From contig OZ336877.1 of the NCBI GenBank assembly GCA_965287045.1, positions 11,222,001 to 11,286,000 on the forward strand: a stretch of DNA of 64,000 nucleotides, read 5' to 3'. The notes below the pieces were generated by a model. That model did no database searches. It was not told the DNA's origin and worked only from the letters and a program-made list of their open reading frames with translations. Positions 25,746 to 38,100 of this stretch are shown piece after piece; the stretch's first letter is position 1, and the number at the start of each line of letters is the position of its first letter. The stretch comes from Carcharhinus amblyrhynchos. Its lineage: Eukaryota. The translations under genes and the position numbers were made by a program.

Positions 25746-27091
25746 ACGGTTTTGGAAAGGAAGATGTGTGCGTTTTTTAAATTCCAGATGGTGCACAGTA
25801 AAGTTAATTAACAGAAGCAGGATTTTGTGGGTTCAAATAAAGAGAATTATTTATCCACACTTTCATTCCAAAAGCCTGAATACTATGACAATCACACAGA
25901 TATACTCAAAAAAGATACAGTTCAAGAGAACAGTGCACTTTTAAAAGTGCATAACATAAGAAATAGTTCATCGTTCACGTGTTTGGCTTGTTGTCAGAAA
26001 GCAGTCATTGCAGGTCCAGTGAAGTCAGCATTTCCACTTTGAAAGAATAGTTTAGATGATTTCCATAACCTTAGTTATATATTAGAGATTATTGTAGGAT
26101 TCCCTTGAAGAGATGGATGTTGGCCCAGCTGTGAAGTTAATCACTTGTCATTATTTCTTATCAGGATATTAAAGTTCTTTATGGGTGGCCTTTGAATAAA
26201 AATGAGACCAGGTAATCTTTTTAAAAAATACAACAGCCTCCAGGGTTCTAAAAAGGCATAAATCTTACTGCCTTTTGTTGCTGCTGAAGCTCTGTGCAGA
26301 TGTTGCAGACAGCTTAAGTTTCTTTCTTGATCCAGGAATATTAAAAATTTCATATCAGAAGCTAGTTAATAGACCCCCATCCCGGACTTGCTCCTAGCCT
26401 GAGCCTACCCAACCCACAGTACCTTTGGGAATTCCTCCCTCTGCAGCCTGGCAGCATCAGAGGAGCACATGGGCACTGCACTTACCTCCTTGACTCCTCT
26501 CAGGGTTTAACATGCGAGGTCTATGCTGGCCATGGCCACCATTAAAGCCCACATGAGCACAGCACTGGCCTCTTCCCCCCTCGACCACTTCACCCCAACC
26601 ATCAGCCCCTTACCACCCTCCCATGCTGATTATCAAACCCTTACCGTCCCCCACTAATCATTGGCCTCTTGTCCCCCTCCGATCAATGGACCTTCCACCT
26701 TCCATGGCCATCACCAGCATTCAAGGGAATGGGAATGTATTTATCAATTTTGTGAATTGTTGTGGAACAGACTAATTTGGTGTTATTGTTTGTACTTAAA
26801 CAAAAATTACTCATTCTTCTTTTATATATAGTATATTCTCCTTTTAATAATGTTATATTCCTTTAATTTATTTCTCTATCTCAGTATTAAAATTCAGATT
26901 TGTCATTATTATTAGTTAATATTATAATCATAATTCAATATTCAATAAAATTGTTGTTTTAATACATTGTCATGATCGCTTGTTCTTGCTACATCCAGAG
27001 TACAGTTCTAAGTGACACACTTACACCTCTCGAGCTTTAAATAATTTCTGCACTTGGCTTCTAATTTATTTGCTGCTCTACTATTCCTACA

Positions 27092-27392
27092 GGTAGCACG
27101 ATGGCACAGTGGTTAGCACTGCTGCCTCACAACATTAGGGACCCGGGTTTGATTTCTGGCTTGGGTCACTGTTTGTGTAGAGTCTGCACGTTCTCCCCAT
27201 GTCTGTATGGGTTTACTCCAGGTGCTCCAGTTTGTTCCCTCAGCCCAAAAGATGTGCTGGTGAGGTGCATTGGCCATGCTAAATTCTCCCTCAGTATACC
27301 CAAACAGGCGCCGGAGTGTGGCGACTAGGGGATTTTCACATTAACTTCATTCAGCATTAATGTAAGCCTACTTGTGACACCAATAAATAAAA
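27092..27392 (+). mobile_element. V-domain SINE with alternative 3' tail
   Basis: HE1-type head and V-domain, but the tail is CAGGCGCCGGAGTGTGGCGACTAGGGG...GTAAGCCTACTTGTGACACCAATAAATAA followed by an A run. Confidence 0.85.
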
Positions 27393-28609
27393 AAAATGTA
27401 GGATATTTTCTGCATCCCTTCACTCTGTGGTAATGTAGTTGCATAGAATAGTTTACAAAAACTACTGATGCACATTTTAGATGCTTTATTCATGGTGTCA
27501 CACAATTGGTGCATCATCATCATTGTTAATAAAAGACTCTCTTTAAACAGGTTACTGCTCTTACAATTGGGCTCAAGATTTAATTCAGAAGTTCGGCTAT
27601 TGCAAAATCAAGAGGAGTGACTAAGAAATTAGACTAACTTTCCAATTGAAAAATTCTGTGGGATGGGGGGGAAGGGGGAACTTCGTAGAATTAATGCAAA
27701 TTAATTCATTTGAAATACGTTGATGTAGCTTTTGCCAGCGGATATGGAGAATAATCAGTATGACAAGGCAAAGCAAAATCTGATGTGCGCATAAATGTTT
27801 TAATGAAACATTGTATAACTTGTTATAAATGAGCTATAAAAAAAACTGAGGAAGAGGCGGTTAATTATTCAGAGCTCAAAAAAACCTTGCTACTGTATGT
27901 CAACGATAATGAAATTAGTCACACGTACATATTGAATCAACCTACAAAGGTCGGCAACAAATAAGCAGGAAATGAGGAGTGGGCGCTGTAGTCCTCGGTG
28001 AGACATTATACACAAATTATAGTCTGTGCTGACTGACACTTGATCATAAGTCCGCTGCAGACGAGTGTCAGCCACTGACTCACTGTGCAGATGTTCTCAT
28101 TCTGTCTTCTGCTCAGTAGAAAGCAACTGGGGAAAATGAATCGGATCGTCTGTCAAAACAACGCACAGAAATTCAGCCACGTGATGTCCTTTGCTAAAAA
28201 TAGATCTATTACTTCTGACTCTCTGCAGGGATTTAATAAAAATTTTTGCAAAAGGCCTGTTGGAAACGGAGGGCTGGTCAATAATGGAAGAGAAGCTGCA
28301 TCGTGATGCAAGGGACTTATGGATGTGCATAATTTACACTGCTGTGTGTGCTATTTTTATCTGTAATCTTTATACTGTGTGGCATGTATATAAATAAACA
28401 TTCACATATATAAAATATTTTAGTGGAAATATTACTTATGTTGAGATCAGCCCAGACTTTCACATCAAGGTGATTTTAATGTCAAATACCCATTTACGTT
28501 GTATTAATACCAATCAGAAAACAACAGCCAAACTGTTAAAGGGGGCTGGGATATATTTTTGTGTTGCCTCCATAAGCTGGAATGTTCACATGTCCCCTTC
28601 ATGTTCGTC

Positions 28610-29466
28610 CCAACTCCACATTCAAGATTGTTGATGACACCACCGTAGTGGGTCGGATTTCAAAAAATGATGAGATGGAGTACAGGATAGTGATAGATAA
28701 TCTGGTGAACTGGTGCAACAACAATCATCTCTCCCTCGATGTCAGTAAAACGAAGGAGAAAGTAATCGACTTCAGAGACTGTAGTAGGGGACATGTCCCT
28801 GTCTACATCAATGGGAATGAAGTGGAAATGGTCTAGAACTTCTCGTTGTCCAGAACACCAACAACCTGTCCTGGTCCCTTCACACTGATGTTGTAGTTAA
28901 GAAAGCCCACCAATGCCCCTACTTTCTCAGGAGGCTAAGGAAATTCAGCTACAACTCTCACCAATTTTTACAGATACACCACAGAAAGCATCCTTTCTGG
29001 ATGAATCACAGTGTGGTATGGCTCCGCTCTGCCCAAAATTGCAAGAATCTACAAAGGATTGTGAACATAGCCCAGTCCATCATGCAAACCAGCCTTCCAT
29101 CCATTGACACCATCTACACTTCCCGCTGCCTTGGAAAAGCAGCCAGCATAATCAAGGATACCACGCACCCCAGGCATACTCTCTTCCACCTTCTTCTGTT
29201 GGGAAAAATATACAAAAGTCTGAGATCAGGTACCAACCGACTCAAGAACAGCTTCTTCCCTGCTGCCATCAGACTTTTGAATGGACCTATCTCATATTAT
29301 GTTGATCTTTTTCTACACCCTAGCCGTGACTGGAACACTACATTCTGTACTCTCTCCTTTCCTTCTCTCTTATGTACTGTATGAATAGTATGCCTGTTTG
29401 TACAGTGTGCAAGAATCAATTCTTTTCACTGCATACCATTACATGTAACAATAATAAATCAAATCA
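28610..29466 (+). mobile_element. Rex1/Babar-like LINE 3' part
   Basis: FKIVDDTTVVG (RT), KTKEKVIDFR and RLKNSFFPAAIRLLN, with tail AATAAATCAAATCAAA. Confidence 0.88.
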
Positions 29467-29931
29467 AAAAAAACCTTGACATGTTATTAATTCTCTCTCT
29501 GTCATGTCTCAGTTGTTGTTGAACAGATGACAGAATGAGAACACCTGCACAGTTTGAGTCAGTGGCTAAAACTTGTTTGATGATTACTCAGGGTAGATTA
29601 TTTTGATACTCTATGTGAGTTCCAGAATTTTATTTTGATGGTAGTTGTCATCCAGGTTAGGTGTTTGGAAGTGGCAAATAACTGTGGCATCTGCCACAGT
29701 ACAGCTTGGACAGCGGCACCAGATGAAGGCGCAAATATGTTTTAATTATTTAACATTTCATTTTAATTTTGAACTTACCTTGTCTAGCACAATCAAGTGA
29801 CGCAGTAATTAATTGTGATTAAAATTTTTATCACCACACTGCAGCCCATAGCAACCTTGGATATCAGGAACCTATAGCTTTCTGAGCATCCAGCATTGCT
29901 GAGATACCTGTTGTAAATAAAAGGACATCCC

Positions 29932-30573
29932 TGAGACTGCTGGTGAGTCAAAGCACAGTAGGTTTCTACAAAAGCTTTTGGGAGAGAACTGGTACCTAAC
30001 AGTGGTTTACCGGGCTTCTCACTGAACACAAGTAAGTATGGGTATTGATACATCATGGTTCCCGTCACCAGTCACGACGCAAACTCTGGTATCAGTCAGG
30101 ACCCACAACACTACTGACTCTAGTCACGACGCAGCCCTGTCTTCGCAGTTAGTATGGGAACTTCAGTCACAACATAGTCATTGGTACAGTCATGACCCAC
30201 AGCTTATTCCGGCTGCTTCGGCAGCTTCTCCATTGAAATAACTTGTGTGGTCGCGGCTTCCCAGCAGGAGTCCTCCTGTCAAATAGCCGTTATTGCACTC
30301 TACCATCTGGAGTTGTTTAACTATGTTTAGCTCGTACAAACAGGTAAGGTTTACAATGTCTGTAAAATAACATTCACATTTAACCATCTGTCTTTGTGGA
30401 AATGAAAGTTAAAGAATGAAAAATATGAACAAGTAAGGAAAACATGAATAAATAATTTATATTGATGCCAGGAGCAGTATAAGCTTGAGGAGATCAGCCA
30501 TGAGGAAGGGTTATGTTTGTGATATATGCTAGGTACAAAATTCATTAAATTCATTAACCCTTTCCCTTCTTCA
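29932..30573 (-). mobile_element. Solo LTR
   Basis: Termini TGAG...TTCA, colinear homologue of 46410-47061. Confidence 0.8.
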
Positions 30574-31239
30574 TACCAATAACTGGAATTACAAAGGCCT
30601 AGAAATTCCATTATGGCCTGAAATGGTGACAGAGTCCCATACAATGGGAGACATAAGTCAACACATTCTGAGCCATATTGGTATAGTTACTGCCAGAGGC
30701 ATTCAGGGCCCATATCGGAAACAGGTCTGTTACAAACGCAAAAATGCCACCGTCTATTCGATGCTTTGTAAAATTGGTTTGTATTTACCGTACCTAATGC
30801 GTTCAGGAAAATCAGTTCTATGTGTGGCTTAACTAAAGTGATTTTTAAAAAAATAATGCAGGACCATAGAATGCAAAGGTACTGCTCCAGGCTGAAAATA
30901 AAACCAATGGGATACTGCCAGTCTCCACTCACTACCTCCCTCTCAACAGCTACCTTGATACCCTGTCACACGCTATTCTTGCCAATCAAACAGCCCCAGG
31001 TTAGACCCTGTCCAGATCATCTGTTTTGTTGACAGTGACCCCAAAGAGAAAGGGTTCTTTGCTGTCAATCTGTCTGGAGCTCTCAAACAGTTGTCTGCAG
31101 CTTGCTGATCTAAAATAAATGAGGCTGTAAGCTCAATATCTGACATACAGATAAATAAACTTCTAGATAATAGTATGATGCAATTTTGTCCTCTAACTAT
31201 CATAATTTTGGATGGATATCGAATATGTCTGCTGGGAGA

Positions 31240-31650
31240 CAGTTGTCAGCTGCCTCACAGTCAGAAAGTTATGGGTTCAAGTTCAACTCCCGAACGCAAA
31301 ATGTAAAGTGGCCCTTCGGTGCAGTGCTGAGGGAGAGCTGTGCTGTCAGAAGTGCCAGTTTTCAGGTGAGTGCCTAAAATAAGGCCCCTGCTTGCCTTCT
31401 CAAGATGGTAATGAATGATTGACAGATACTATCAAAGAAGAGCAGAGGAGCTTTTCCTGTGTCCTGGCCAATGTTTACCCCTCAACCTACAGCAGCAAAA
31501 TAATGATCTGTGTTATGCGTCATACTGCTGTTTGCAGGACATTGCAGTTGTGCTTTCTATTTTAGAAAAGTGACTACGTTCAAAAGAACTTCATTTTCTC
31601 TAAAGCACTTTGGCACAACCTGAGATGAAACATACCCGTATAAGTGCATG
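31240..31650 (+). mobile_element. Deu-domain SINE (SacSINE1/AmnSINE1-like)
   Basis: tRNA-like head (GGGTTCAAGT), then Deu core GCAGTGCTGAGGGAG...AAGAAGAGCAGAGGAG...GTGTCCTGGCCAATGTTTACCCCTCAACC. Confidence 0.8.
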
Positions 31651-31689
31651 GCAAAGTTGAAACCACTAACTGTGTGTCAGATTATATTT

Positions 31690-31955
31690 TTTCAAACAAC
31701 AGTACAGCACAGGAACAGGTCCTTCAGCCCACCACGTCTGTGCCAACACAGGTGCCTCTATAATCTAATACTTTCTTGCCTCTATGTGGTCCATATCCCT
31801 CTATTCCATGTCCATTCATGTATCTATCCAGATGCCTCTTGAATATTGTTATAGAATTTGTTTCCACCATTTCCTCCAGCTGCGCGTTCGAGGCATTCAC
31901 CACCCTTTGAGTGAAAAACTTGCCCCTTCCATCTCTTTAAACTTTCCCCCTTTCG
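31690..31955 (-). mobile_element. CR1 LINE 3' fragment
   Basis: Plus strand CAGCACAGGAACAGG tail, as at 7100. Confidence 0.75.
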
Positions 31956-31957
31956 TT

Positions 31958-32550
31958 TTCACCTGATAAAGGAGCAGCACTCCGAAAGCTTGTGATTCTA
32001 ATTAAACCTGTTAGACTTTAACCTGGTGTTGTGAGACTTCTTACTGTATTAGGTCTAGTATAGCCTGCTCTGTGTTTGGCTCCAGGCCATGCTGCTTGGA
32101 GGAACTATCCCAAAAACATCCAATGAACTTCTTATCAGGCTACCTTTGCCCAGGAATGTTTATGGAGGGGGTTGGGAGATGGGCTGTAAGGTGTGATTTG
32201 TTGAACATGACTATGATATGACAATAGTCCATGAGAAAGTTCTCCCAATTTTGGCACAAATGTCCAGATGTTCATGAGGAAGAGTTTGTAGTATTAACTG
32301 GGCAGGTTGTGCCATTGTCATTTCTGACACCTAAGTTGGTAAGAAGTCTCACAACACCAGGTTAGAGTCCAACCAGTTTATTTGATAGTAATCTCACAAG
32401 CTTTCGGAAACAATGTTCCCTTGTCAGGAGTGTGGAAGGTTCTGATCAGAGAAAGGCATATAAAGTCACACACAGTTTACAGAATACTGATTAGAATGAG
32501 ACTTCTTACTGTGTTTACCCCAGTCCAATGCCGACATCTCTACATCATGA
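31958..32550. mobile_element. Penelope-like terminal repeats, two in opposite orientation (31958-32048 plus; 32340-32550 minus with inverted tail)
   Basis: CTGATAAAGGAGCAGCACTCCGAAAGCT...TGTTGTGAGACTTCTTAC, with its reverse complement GTAAGAAGTCTCACAACA at about 32340. Confidence 0.75.
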
Positions 32551-32614
32551 CCTAAGTTGGTGCCAGATGGTCAGAGCTGTTTCATTCTGATTCATCTTTT
32601 CTGGGGTTTTAAAA

Positions 32615-34070
32615 AAAATTATTCATGGGATTTGGGTATCGCTGGCCAGGCCAGCATTTATTGTCATCCCTAATTGATTGGCCTTGAGAAGGTAGTGGTG
32701 AACTCACTTCTTGAACCTCTGGAGAGGGCGGGAATGTGGAACTGAACCACGACAGATCAGCCATGATCTTATTGAATGGCGGGGCAGGCTCGAAGGGCCA
32801 GATGGCCTACTCCTGCTCCTATTTCTTATGTTCTTATGTACACCCACAGTGCTGTTAGGGAGGGAGTTCCAGCATCTTGACTGAGAAACAATGAAGGAAC
32901 AGAGATATAGTTCCAAGTCAGGGTGAGAAGTGGTTTGGAGGGGAACATGTAGGTGGTGGCCTTCCTGTGTATCTGCTGCCCTTGTTCTTCTAGGTGGCAA
33001 TGGTCTTGGGTTTGAAGGGTGCTGTCTAAGGAGCCTTGTTGACTTCTTGCAGTGTATCTTGTAGATGTTACACAATGTTGCCACCTCAAACTGGAAGTGG
33101 GGGAATTAATGTTTATTATGGTGGATGGGGTGCCATTCACATTGGCTGATTTAGTCTGGATGGTTTTAAGCTCATTAAGTGCTGTTGGAGTTGCATTCAT
33201 CCAGGCAAATGGGAATTATTCAATCAATTTTCCTGACTTGTGCCTTGTAGATGGTTGACCGGCTTTGGGGAATCAGGAGGTGAGTTACTTTCTGCAGCAT
33301 TCCCAGTCTCCGACCTGCTCTTGTAGTTTCTGGTCAATGGTAACAGGCAGGATGTTGATAACAGAGGACTCAGCGATGGTAAGGATGACAGTGACTGTCA
33401 AGGGGCAATGGTCAGATTCTGTGAATGTTACTTGCCACTTACCAGTCCAAGCCTGATTATGATCCAGTTTTGCTGCATATGGACACTGTTTCTGTATCTG
33501 AGGAGTCGCAAATTACTGTGAACATCTCCACTTCTGACCTTAAGGTGAAGGTAAGGTCATTGATGAAACAACTGAAGATGGTTGGGTCTCGGACTCTCAC
33601 CCTGAGGAACTCCTGCAGCGATGTCCTGGAACAGCGATTCTTCACTCCAACAACCACAATCATCTTTCTTGGTGCCAGGTACAACTCCAATGAATGGAAA
33701 GTTTCCTCCCTGATTCCAATTTTGCTGAAGATCCTCAACGCCTTTGTTGAAATCTGCCTTGACGTCAAGGGCAGTCACTCATGCCTCACCTCTAGAATTC
33801 AGCTGTTTTGTCCATTTTTGGACCAAGGCTTTAATGAGGTCAGGGTCTGAATCGCCCTGGCAAAATCCAAACTAAGTATCTGCGAGCAAGTTATTGCAGT
33901 GTAAATGCTGCTTGATAACACTTTCAGTGACATTGCCATTACTTTGCTGATGATTGAGAGTACACTGATGAGGCAGTAATTAACCAATTTGGATTTGTCT
34001 TGTTTTTTGTGCACAAGATATACCTTGGCAAGTTTCCACATTTCCGGCTGGATGCCTGTGTTCTTGCTAT
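32615..34070 (-). mobile_element. CR1-group (L2/Crack-like) LINE, RT to 3' end, with a nested young CR1 tail at 32720-32839 (plus)
   Basis: MWKLAKVYLVHKKQDKS..NY, TALDVKADF, GVPQG and CFINDL. Confidence 0.88.
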
Positions 34071-34135
34071 TATTGAAATAACTTAAAGCAAATTGGTTTT
34101 TAACAGGTCTGCAGCATTCAGGAAATAAATACCAA

Positions 34136-34261
34136 GGAGAGAATTTTACTGTCCCGGTGCCACGGGAATTGGAGCGGGCGAAGGGTGGACAGTGCGAAGG
34201 TTCACTGACTTCAGATGGAATTTTACAGTTTCAGTACGAGCAAGGCCATAAAATCCCACCC
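34136..34261. mobile_element. 126-bp Tourist-like (Harbinger) MITE
   Basis: Imperfect TIRs GGAGAGAATTTTAC / ATAAAATCCCACCC and 3-bp TSD CAA on both sides. Opposite-orientation relative at about 61598-61722. Confidence 0.7.
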
Positions 34262-34958
34262 CAAATCTAGTTGAGAGATCCCCTGGGGAGAGATAGTGAC
34301 TGCAGCAGTTCTTAATGAGAGGTTAAACAGCATAATAAAACTTAAATACCGGAAGGAAAGTTTAAAACTTTGGGTAAAAGCTTAGAAAAGCCTGGATCCT
34401 AAATTTTTGCCACCTAAGAGGTTTGAACACACGGGAGGATCAAATCAAACTCAAAACTGGGCACTTTGGAGAGAGGGATTCTTGAGATTCCAAATTTCAT
34501 TAAAATTGGTCAGTAAGTTTGAGGTTGCACATCTCAATGCAGGTTAATTATTTTACTCGATAGGAACAGTAGCAGGTGATATTATAGCATCAATGAGACC
34601 TCTGATAAATTTCAAGATGCCTTAAAATCCATGGATAACTACTTAAAGCTGAGGAGAAATAAAATTCTGGAAAGGGATAAATTCAACAAAACAGCCTAGA
34701 AACCAGGTGAACCAGTCATTGCCCTTATTAATTAACTTTGCAGGCTGGCTGAAGGAGACAGAATGGAGATCTAAAAACTGGATTACTATGAGGCTACAAT
34801 TATAGTTCAGTGCTTCTGATTAATCACTATCTGACTCATCGCAATCTAAACAAGACCTCATAATAGAAAAACCATATGGTTGATGAGGCAGACATGTCTG
34901 TAAGCAGAATACTGAGAGGTTAAGGAAACCCTGACTCAGGAAACCTTCAGCAACCATA

Positions 34959-35274
34959 CATAGAATCCCTACAGTGCAGAAAGAGGCCATTTGGCCCATT
35001 GAGTCTGCACCAACCACAATCCCACGTAGGCCCTATTCCCGTAATCCCACACATCTACCCTGCTAATCCCCCTGACAATAGGGGCAATTTAGCACGGCCA
35101 ATCAACTTAATCTGCACATTTTTGTACTGTTAGAGGAAACTGGCGCATTTGTGGAAATCCACGCAATCACAGGGAGAACATGCAAATTCCACATAAACAG
35201 TGACCCGAAGCCAGGATTGAACTCAGATTCCTGGTGCTGTGAGGCAGCAGTGCTAGCCACTGTGCCACCGTGTC
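34959..35274 (-). mobile_element. HE1-like SINE nested in Gypsy
   Basis: Full head and tail, as in 183-489. Confidence 0.9.
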
Positions 35275-36151
35275 AGACTTAAGCCCAGGAATGTAAAACA
35301 GGCACGAGAAAAGAAGGTGTATTTTGGAGAGAAAATGTCATTAAGCCCTGCCACAGCTTTCCTCATAACTGAAGTTTCTCATTCGTGGAACCATTCTTGT
35401 AAACCTCTTCTGCTTTCTCGTCAATGTATTCACATCCTTCTTATCTGTGGCACCCAGAACAGTGCACAATGCTCCAGGTGAGTTCTAACCAGTATCATGT
35501 ATAAGTTCAGCATAACCTATTAATAAAGCCCAGGATACTGTATGCTTTATTAACTGCTCTCTCCACCTGTCCTGCTACTTTCAAAGATCTATGTACATAT
35601 ATCACAAACTTTAAACTAGATACTGGAGTAAGCTTAATGGTTTTATCAGATAATAAACTGCGGTCACCAATATAATGCCTGCAGCCAATGAAAACCCAGC
35701 TATGTGGTCCAGGAGGAGTCAAATTAAAAGTTAAGGAAAAGTTAGAGGCAAAACTCCAGTACATGGGGAAGCAGATATTGGAAACATTGTCTGTTCTACA
35801 GATTCAAAAATTCTCTCTTTTTGATGTGATGAAGATCTGGATTGTGAGTTCAGTGCTGAATATTTGGGTATTGTTCATAGAGATTCATAGTCCAGCTGTT
35901 TTACAAGAGGATGTCCAGGGATGAGATTGGGGGCGGGGTGGGGGGGGGAGGGGGGTGGCTTGGGGTACCAACCGCTTGCTGAAAACAAACACACAATGAA
36001 GAAATTAGCTCGCACATCACTCTCTAGCACGGATTTGAAAATTGAAGACGAAAATCTGGTGATGGAATATTCTGTGCAAATAACGCACATTCAAACCAGA
36101 AGATAATCTTCGAGAAAGTACATCTACACCTTTCGTTACGGTCCTAGTTGC

Positions 36152-36580
36152 TGTTACTTCTGGACAAGTCAATCCCAGGGTGGAATCCAGCTTGATAGAT
36201 CCTAATGTTAACTTTTTTGTCTCGATGCATGGAAAGCAGCTACTGAAACAGGGTCACAGGAGTCAGCTGATGAACTTTTAACTAAGAAGTAAAACATTTA
36301 TTAAGCAAGAATAGATCAATTATTTTACACTGCTCCTTCACCCCAACTGTACCTTTATCGATATTATCAAATTCATAAGGATCGCACACATTACAAAATC
36401 TATCTTATACATTAATGTTCACAGGAAGTACACGGTCCGTGTAAACCAATAGACAAAATGTGATTGGAGGCCTCACACTCGGAAAGCAAGTGCTGGATGT
36501 TATCCAAAACAAATTCTATGGATGTTTCATCATTTTCACCTCCCCCCCCAGACCTTGTCAGACTGTGAGTCAACTGGTCT
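36152..36580 (-). mobile_element. LTR-like insert inside the Gypsy remnant
   Basis: Begins TGTTAC, carries AATAAA on the minus strand and interrupts pol colinearity. Confidence 0.4.
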
Positions 36581-37184
36581 CACTGGGACAATCAGTCACA
36601 CATGTTAAAGAATCAGAAGTTGTCAGAAAAGAAGCAAGTATTACAACCCTCAATGAAGACTATTCAAATCAAGGAAAAGGAGATAAAGAGAGACGATTGA
36701 TCGTCAAGTCTGACAAGAACACGATCAGAGAGATTTTTGAAGCCTCCTGACGTATTAAATCTATGAAGTCAGCGGCTTGGTGGGGAATCGGGGGAAATGT
36801 GGGTATGGGGTAGTATATAACTATGAATGTAAAATTTCTTGGGAGGGGATGTAATGTTTAGGTTTGTCAGGATTAGTGTATGATATGTAAATATCACCTC
36901 CCATAATGAGAACACATGAGTAGGAGAAGAGAAGGAGACAGTACATGGCTTCAGCAGTTTAACACCTAGTCAGGGATAACTGTACACAGTTCCGTAGTAT
37001 AAAATGAACCAGTTGTTGCTTGAACATATCAACGTCTCAATAATCATTCTAAAACTAAACTAACAAAAATATAACAACACAGGACGTCAATTGTGACTTT
37101 GGAATGGTAAAGTGGCACCACAGAAGCCTGACTGGTGGAGTTCAACATGAAGCACAAGGAACAATGTGTTACATTGTTATACAA

Positions 37185-38100
37185 GAATGATAAGAACTCA
37201 GAGCAGGAGTAGGCAATTCAGTCCCTGGAGCCAGCTCCACTATTCAATACGGTCATGGCTGATCTCATCTCAGCCTCAACTCCACTTTCCTGCCCATTCA
37301 CCTTCAAAACCTTACTAATTAAAAATCTGTCCACCTCTTCCTTAAATTTACTCAATGTCCACACATCCACCGTATTCAGCAGTGGTGAATTCCACAGACA
37401 CGACCCTTTGAGAGAAATAATTTCTCCTCATCTCCGTTTTAAATCTGCTACCTGTTATCCTAAAACTATAACCTCTTGTTCTAGATTGCCCTACAAACAG
37501 AAACATCCTCTCCATGTCTACTTTGTAAATCTCCCTCATCATCTTGCATACCTTAGCTCGGTTTCCTCTCATTCTTCTTAACTCTGGAGAGATTAGACCT
37601 AAACTGCCAAATCTCTCTTCATAAGTCAAAACCCTCATCTCTGAAATCAATCTCTTCTGAACTGCCTCCAATACAACTCCATCCCTCCTCAAGTAAGAGG
37701 ACAAGAACTGTGCACAGCGTTCTAAGTGTGGTTTCATTAATGCTTTATACAGTAGCAACAAAGCCTTACTACTTGTATATTCTATTTCTTTAGCAATACA
37801 TGCCAAGATTCTGTTTGCCTTTCGTATTACCTGGTGTACCTGCATGCTAGTTTTAAGAGAAAAGAGAAAGAGCAAAAAGTCCAGCACAGGAACAGGCCCT
37901 TCGGCCCTTCAGCCCTCCAAGCCTATGCCGATCATGATGCCCTAGTTAAAAAAAGTTCTGCCCTTACCTCACACCTATCCACATTAAACTCCATCTGCCA
38001 CACTTTGTCCCATTCACTTAACCTATCCGTATCCAATTGTAAATTTCTTATTTCGTTATTGCAACTTATTATCCCACCTATTTCAGCGTCATCTGCAAAT
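37185..38100 (-). mobile_element. Stacked CR1 fragments
   Basis: ORF 37348-37887 is the CR1 ORF2 C-terminus. A second CR1 tail lies at 37865-37970 and FADDA (plus strand GCGTCATCTGCAAA) at about 38090. Confidence 0.88.

Larger units (their letters stand above)
34440..37077 (+). mobile_element. Fragmented Ty3/Gypsy LTR retrotransposon (gag, protease, pol end, PPT, 3' LTR)
   Basis: Gag NKILERDKFNK..*KPGE...RLAE at 34655-34760. Protease FKLDTG at 35610. Pol end TRTRSERFLKPPDVLNL*. Purine tract GGGAGGGGA followed by a TGTAA...TAACA LTR at about 36850-37077. Confidence 0.8.

Noticed and set aside
25827-26042. Ig-like ALLKVHNIRNSSSFTC string
   Set aside because: No first Cys/Trp, weak donor (GTCCAG) and an early stop; insufficient support.
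27694-27701. Octamer suggesting an immunoglobulin V promoter
   Set aside because: No leader, V exon or heptamer-nonamer RSS found nearby.
35875-36090. SGWYPKP motif resembling a B7/butyrophilin IgC domain
   Set aside because: Cys spacing is wrong, it runs into a poly-C tract and it lies inside the Gypsy remnant.
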